A stretch of DNA of 36,375 nt from Anaerolineaceae bacterium (GTDB lineage: Bacteria > Chloroflexota > Anaerolineae > Anaerolineales > UBA11579). The notes under the pieces are model-generated. The model had not been told where the DNA came from and did no database searches. It saw only the letters and a program-made list of their open reading frames with translations. Each line of letters starts with the position of its first letter. Within the stretch, counting starts at the first letter, position 1. The stretch covers positions 1 through 36,375 of the forward strand of contig OMJR01000125.1 of NCBI GenBank assembly GCA_900299355.1, read 5' to 3'. Positions 32,846 to 36,375 of the stretch are shown here, one piece after another. The position numbers and the translations under genes were made by a program.

Positions 32846-35061
32846 TTAATCGACGCTGATCAGTACCGCGGTGACTACCCGGCGCTGGCGGTAGTCCCCG
32901 CTAAGCGGGTCGAAGCTTTCGCAGGTGATCAGGGTCAAGAGGTCGTACTCACTGTGCTCGAATTGGGCGGCGCCACGCGGCGTGATCAGGCGGTTGCTGC
33001 GCACCTCGTAGGTATAGGTTTGGCCGAAAGCACTGATTGTGATCTGGTCCCCATGCTGCAGGTCGTTCAGCCCGTAGAAGGGCCCTGGCTGGTTGTCGGC
33101 GCCCCACACGTGAGCCGTGATCACGGTGTTGCCTGCCCAGGTGGGGAAGGCGCTGCCGTAGAGGTAGCCGGCCTGGTCGCCCAGCCAGGTCACATCCCAG
33201 CCGTTGGGCGATTGGGGCACACCCACGATGCCGGTGGCGATGTCCAGGTTGGGGATCGATAAGACCATATCGGTGGTGGCGTAGGCCGCCTCGGCGGGCT
33301 GGATCCCTAAATCGGTGACCATATCCGGGGCGAAACCGGTCAATGGATAATCGGGCAAGCCTACAATGAACAACGACAGGCGGCTGGTGGTGCCACACAC
33401 CATGCCGGCTTTGGCCGACACGCGCGGTAACGGCGTCCATTGGGTTTCATTGCCATGGCGCGAGTATTGCTGCTTGCCGGTGGTCACGCCGTCCTTGGGT
33501 ACCAGGCAGATTGTGATTGGCTGCAGCAGCAGGCTGACCAGTTGTCCGTCGCACGCAATGGTGATGTCCCATACGTTTTCATCCAGCTGGATATTGAACA
33601 GGCTCGCGTGGCCGACCTGGCTGATGTTCAGCGTGCAGGTGTTGGCGTTGGCATCCGGCCCACTGGGAATGGCACCCGCCGAAATAATGATCGAGCCGCC
33701 CTCAAAGTTGTATACCCCGCCGGTGACGCCGGTGCTGAAAGGCACATCCTCACCGTAGAAACGCGCGAGACAGAAAGCGGTGAAATCCTGGCAATCGGAG
33801 GAGGCGATAATCTTGCCGTCCGATTGCACGATCACGTCCTGGCCGACATCATCTTCATCAGTGAATTTGTAGATCACCCAGCCGTCATCGCCAAAATCGG
33901 TATCAATGTCGCCATCGGCTTCAACGCGCAGCAGGCAAGTGTGCGCCCCTTCGCGGCAACCACCGCTCAGGATGATCTTGCCGTCGGCTTGCACGGCCAG
34001 GCCATAGGCCGCGTTCCAATCCGGGGCCACATCGGCCAGCAGGATGCCGTCGCCGTTGAAGGCCGTGTCCAGTACGCCGCTGCTGGTGTAGGCTAACAGG
34101 CAGAAATAATTGACATCGTTGCACTCGCCAGCCACCAGGATGCGGCCGCCAGTCGTAATCGCAACTTCCTCTACATAATTGAAGCCGCCCAGGATCGGCG
34201 TGCGGGTCCAGTTGACGCCGGCGCCGCCGAAACTGTTATCCACCGTGCCGTCGGCATTGAAGCGCGCCACGCAGACATCATCACGGTCGTCGCAGGAAGC
34301 GGCAATCACGATCTTGCCATCCGATTGCAGGATCACTTCCGGATCTTCGTCATCATCACCCGCGCTGGGGTTGATTTCCGTGAAGCCAGCGCCGCCGTTA
34401 AAAGTGGCATCCTCGCTGCCGTCGCTGTTACGGCGGCTGACGCAAATGTAATTGTCGAAATCGCATTCACCGGCGACAATGATCTGGCCGTTGGATTGAA
34501 GCGCCAGGCTTTCGCCTTCATCGTCGTCCCCTGGGTGATAGCCAAAAATGACATAACCATCCGGTGCGCCAAAGCTGGTGTCCAGCGTGCCGTTTTCGTT
34601 GTAGCGCACCATGCAAATGCGTTGAACGGCATCAATGCAATCGCCAATCATCAGGATCTTGCCGTCCGGCTGCACGACCACGTCGCGTGGACTATCATCT
34701 TCGCCGGAGACGATATCGGTGGTCACGTAGCCGTTGGGTGCGCCGAAGCTGGTGTCAAGCGTGCCATCTGGTTTAAAGCGCGCCAGACAAAACATTTCGG
34801 CGTTGCCGCAGCCGCCCGCCACCAGGATGCTATCGTCGGGCAGCAAAACCATCTTGGGTTCAAAGTGGTCTTCGCCGGGAATGATTTCCAGGAGCACCTG
34901 GCCATCGACGCCAAAAGACGTATCCAGGTCACCTGCCTCATGCAAGGTGGCATGGGGGAAAGAAGCGGCTTGTGCATCCGGCGGGGGGTCAGTGAAAGCA
35001 GCAGGGCCAGGGCCAGCAGTGCCTGTGCCAGAGCACGGGAAAGACCGGTAAATCTCCTCAT
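32846..35061 (-). CDS. Secreted delta-60-repeat protein fused to a C-terminal sortase domain; frameshift in a C6 run at ~34985 separates the signal peptide
   Basis: Seven G.LD.SFG/DGKI repeats; YPLTGFAP motif; sortase H (TAHV), TLITC, R (YRQRRVV). ATG 35061 gives MRRFTGLSRALAQALLALALLLSLTP; one extra C joins it to PPDAQA-ASFP..HEAGDLD. Confidence 0.85.
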
Positions 35062-35104
35062 CACTAAGCCCGCATTATATGTGATAAATGGCCTATCAAA
35101 AATG

Positions 35105-35130
35105 AAAAGCGCCCACCAAAGTGGGCGCTT
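35105..35130 (-). terminator. Terminator after tRNA-Asp
   Basis: AAGCGCCCAC-TTTG-GTGGGCGCTTTT on the minus strand. Confidence 0.8.
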
Positions 35131-35134
35131 GCTG

Positions 35135-35209
35135 CGGTCCCGACGGGACTCGAACCCGCGATCTCTGCCTTGACAGGGCAGCGTGTTAAACCGACTACAC
35201 CACGGGACC
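35135..35209 (-). tRNA. tRNA-Asp (GTC), CCA not encoded
   Basis: GGTCCCGTGGTGTAGTCGGTTTAACACGCTGCCCTGTCAAGGCAGAGATCGCGGGTTCGAGTCCCGTCGGGACCG: acceptor stem, CTGTCAA anticodon loop, GGTTCGAGTCC T arm. Confidence 0.96.
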
Positions 35210-35321
35210 TTGAATAGCCTGCGGAGTATACCAGAGCGATTCGGGCCAGTCAAGCAATGCCCGCAAATCTGCAATCACCATCTTGCTAGGGCTCTTTTGG
35301 CTGGCTATACTACAGAGGCAG

Positions 35322-36375
35322 ATGGATATCGCCAATCTTGTTCAGGTTCTACCCGAGCGCTATACCCCTGTCGACCAGGAGCTGATTCAACGTGCCTTCA
35401 AGTTCGCTCAAAAGGCGCACAAAGGGCAGGAACGTGTTTCCGGTGAGCCCTATGTAAATCATTGTGTCGCCGTAGCGGTTATTTTAGCTGAATTACAAGT
35501 CCCGTCCGAGGTTGTTGCGGCGGGACTTTTGCATGATACCGTCGAGGACACCAAGGTAACCCTGGAAGACCTCCGAAAGGAATTTGGCGATGAGATCGCC
35601 AGCCTGGTGGACGGGGTCACCAAGCTGACCCAGCTGCCGCGGGTGTCGCGGATCGAGTCGCAGAACGGACGCAATGGCCGGGGCAAGATCAGCCCCGACG
35701 AATTGGAAGACAATCTGGCCCGCAGCCGAGGCGCCGACCTGGCCTCCGAAACGCTGCGCAAGACCTTCCTGGCGATGGGTGAAGATGTGCGCGTGGTGCT
35801 GATCAAGCTGGCCGACCGACTCCATAATATGCGCACCCTGGGCCACTTGCCGGAGGAGAAACGCCGCCGCATCGCCCGCCAGACCCTGGACATTTTTGCG
35901 CCCCTGGCAAACCGACTGGGTATCTGGCAATTGAAGTGGGAGTTGGAAGACCTGGCCTTCCGATACTCTGAACCGGACGAATACAAAGAGATCGCCGCCA
36001 ACCTGGCTGAGCGCCGCTCATTGCGCGAAGATCAGCTCAAAGACATCATCTTCAATCTGAATTCCTTGCTGGGCCAGGATGGTATCAAGGCCGAGATTAC
36101 CGGGCGCCCAAAGCATATCTATTCGATCTACAACAAGATGCGCCGCAAGGGCGTCGCCTTTGAGATGCTGCATGACGTGCGCGCCGTGCGCGTGTTGGTG
36201 GATGATGTGCCCACCTGCTATCGTGCGCTGGGCTTGATCCACACCCATTGGCGGCCAATCCCGGGCGAGTTTGATGACTATATCGCCGCACCCAAAGACA
36301 ACTTCTACCAATCGTTGCATACCGCCGTAATTTACGACGACGGCAAGCCGCTGGAAGTGCAGATCCGCACCGCCG
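35322..36375 (+). CDS. relA: RelA/SpoT (p)ppGpp synthetase/hydrolase, 5' part (runs off the window)
   Basis: Hand translation from ATG 35322: AHKGQERVSGEPYVNH, LLHDTVEDT, IKLADRLHNMRTL, APLANRLGIWQLKWELEDL, GRPKHIYSIYNKM, DYIAAPKDNFYQSLHT, EVQIRT. Confidence 0.96.
   Translation, partial: MDIANLVQVLPERYTPVDQELIQRAFKFAQKAHKGQERVSGEPYVNHCVAVAVILAELQVPSEVVAAGLLHDTVEDTKVTLEDLRKEFGDEIASLVDGVTKLTQLPRVSRIESQNGRNGRGKISPDELEDNLARSRGADLASETLRKTFLAMGEDVRVVLIKLADRLHNMRTLGHLPEEKRRRIARQTLDIFAPLANRLGIWQLKWELEDLAFRYSEPDEYKEIAANLAERRSLREDQLKDIIFNLNSLLGQDGIKAEITGRPKHIYSIYNKMRRKGVAFEMLHDVRAVRVLVDDVPTCYRALGLIHTHWRPIPGEFDDYIAAPKDNFYQSLHTAVIYDDGKPLEVQIRTA

Noticed and set aside
32846-35209. Genomic island integrated at tRNA-Asp
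   Set aside because: No integrase and no duplicated tRNA 3' end visible in the window.

Overview
GC-rich bacterial chromosome segment. The gene content (sortase fused behind an LPxTG-like motif, LiaF-type membrane cluster, many apparently leaderless genes) suggests Chloroflexota/Anaerolineae, which is an inference. It starts in the left end of an IS481-like element and ends inside relA/spoT next to tRNA-Asp. Recognisable genes include GNATs, a sarcosine/fructosyl-amine-oxidase-like flavoenzyme, DUF1684, a broken UbiA/MenA prenyltransferase, citrate synthase, TIGR00266, a five-gene surface-glycan cluster, a GcvT-like + two CrtI/PYROXD2-like operon and a delta-60-repeat/sortase fusion. The most notable region is 9.1-18.2 kb: two convergent, mutually paralogous operons. 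One encodes an intact RRE(PqqD-like)-radical SAM-SPASM enzyme plus a membrane-anchored protein. The other encodes a paralog that has lost all Fe-S cysteine motifs (pseudo-rSAM), translationally coupled to a DUF2207-like membrane protein ending in a cytoplasmic ...SSCACACAGCACACAGGGR tail, preceded by a small Zn-ribbon membrane protein and an MFS transporter. I read this as a candidate, to my knowledge uncharacterised, radical-SAM system acting on a membrane-tethered Cys-rich tail. Other oddities: a 51-bp double-hairpin in-frame insertion in the pseudo-rSAM, a GIY-YIG mini-element between 48-bp inverted repeats with related solo repeats, inverted heptamer arrays, a head-to-head chimeric junction at ~5.2 kb, three single-base frameshifts, and a possible attenuator. 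All family assignments are from visual motif recognition; no searches were run.
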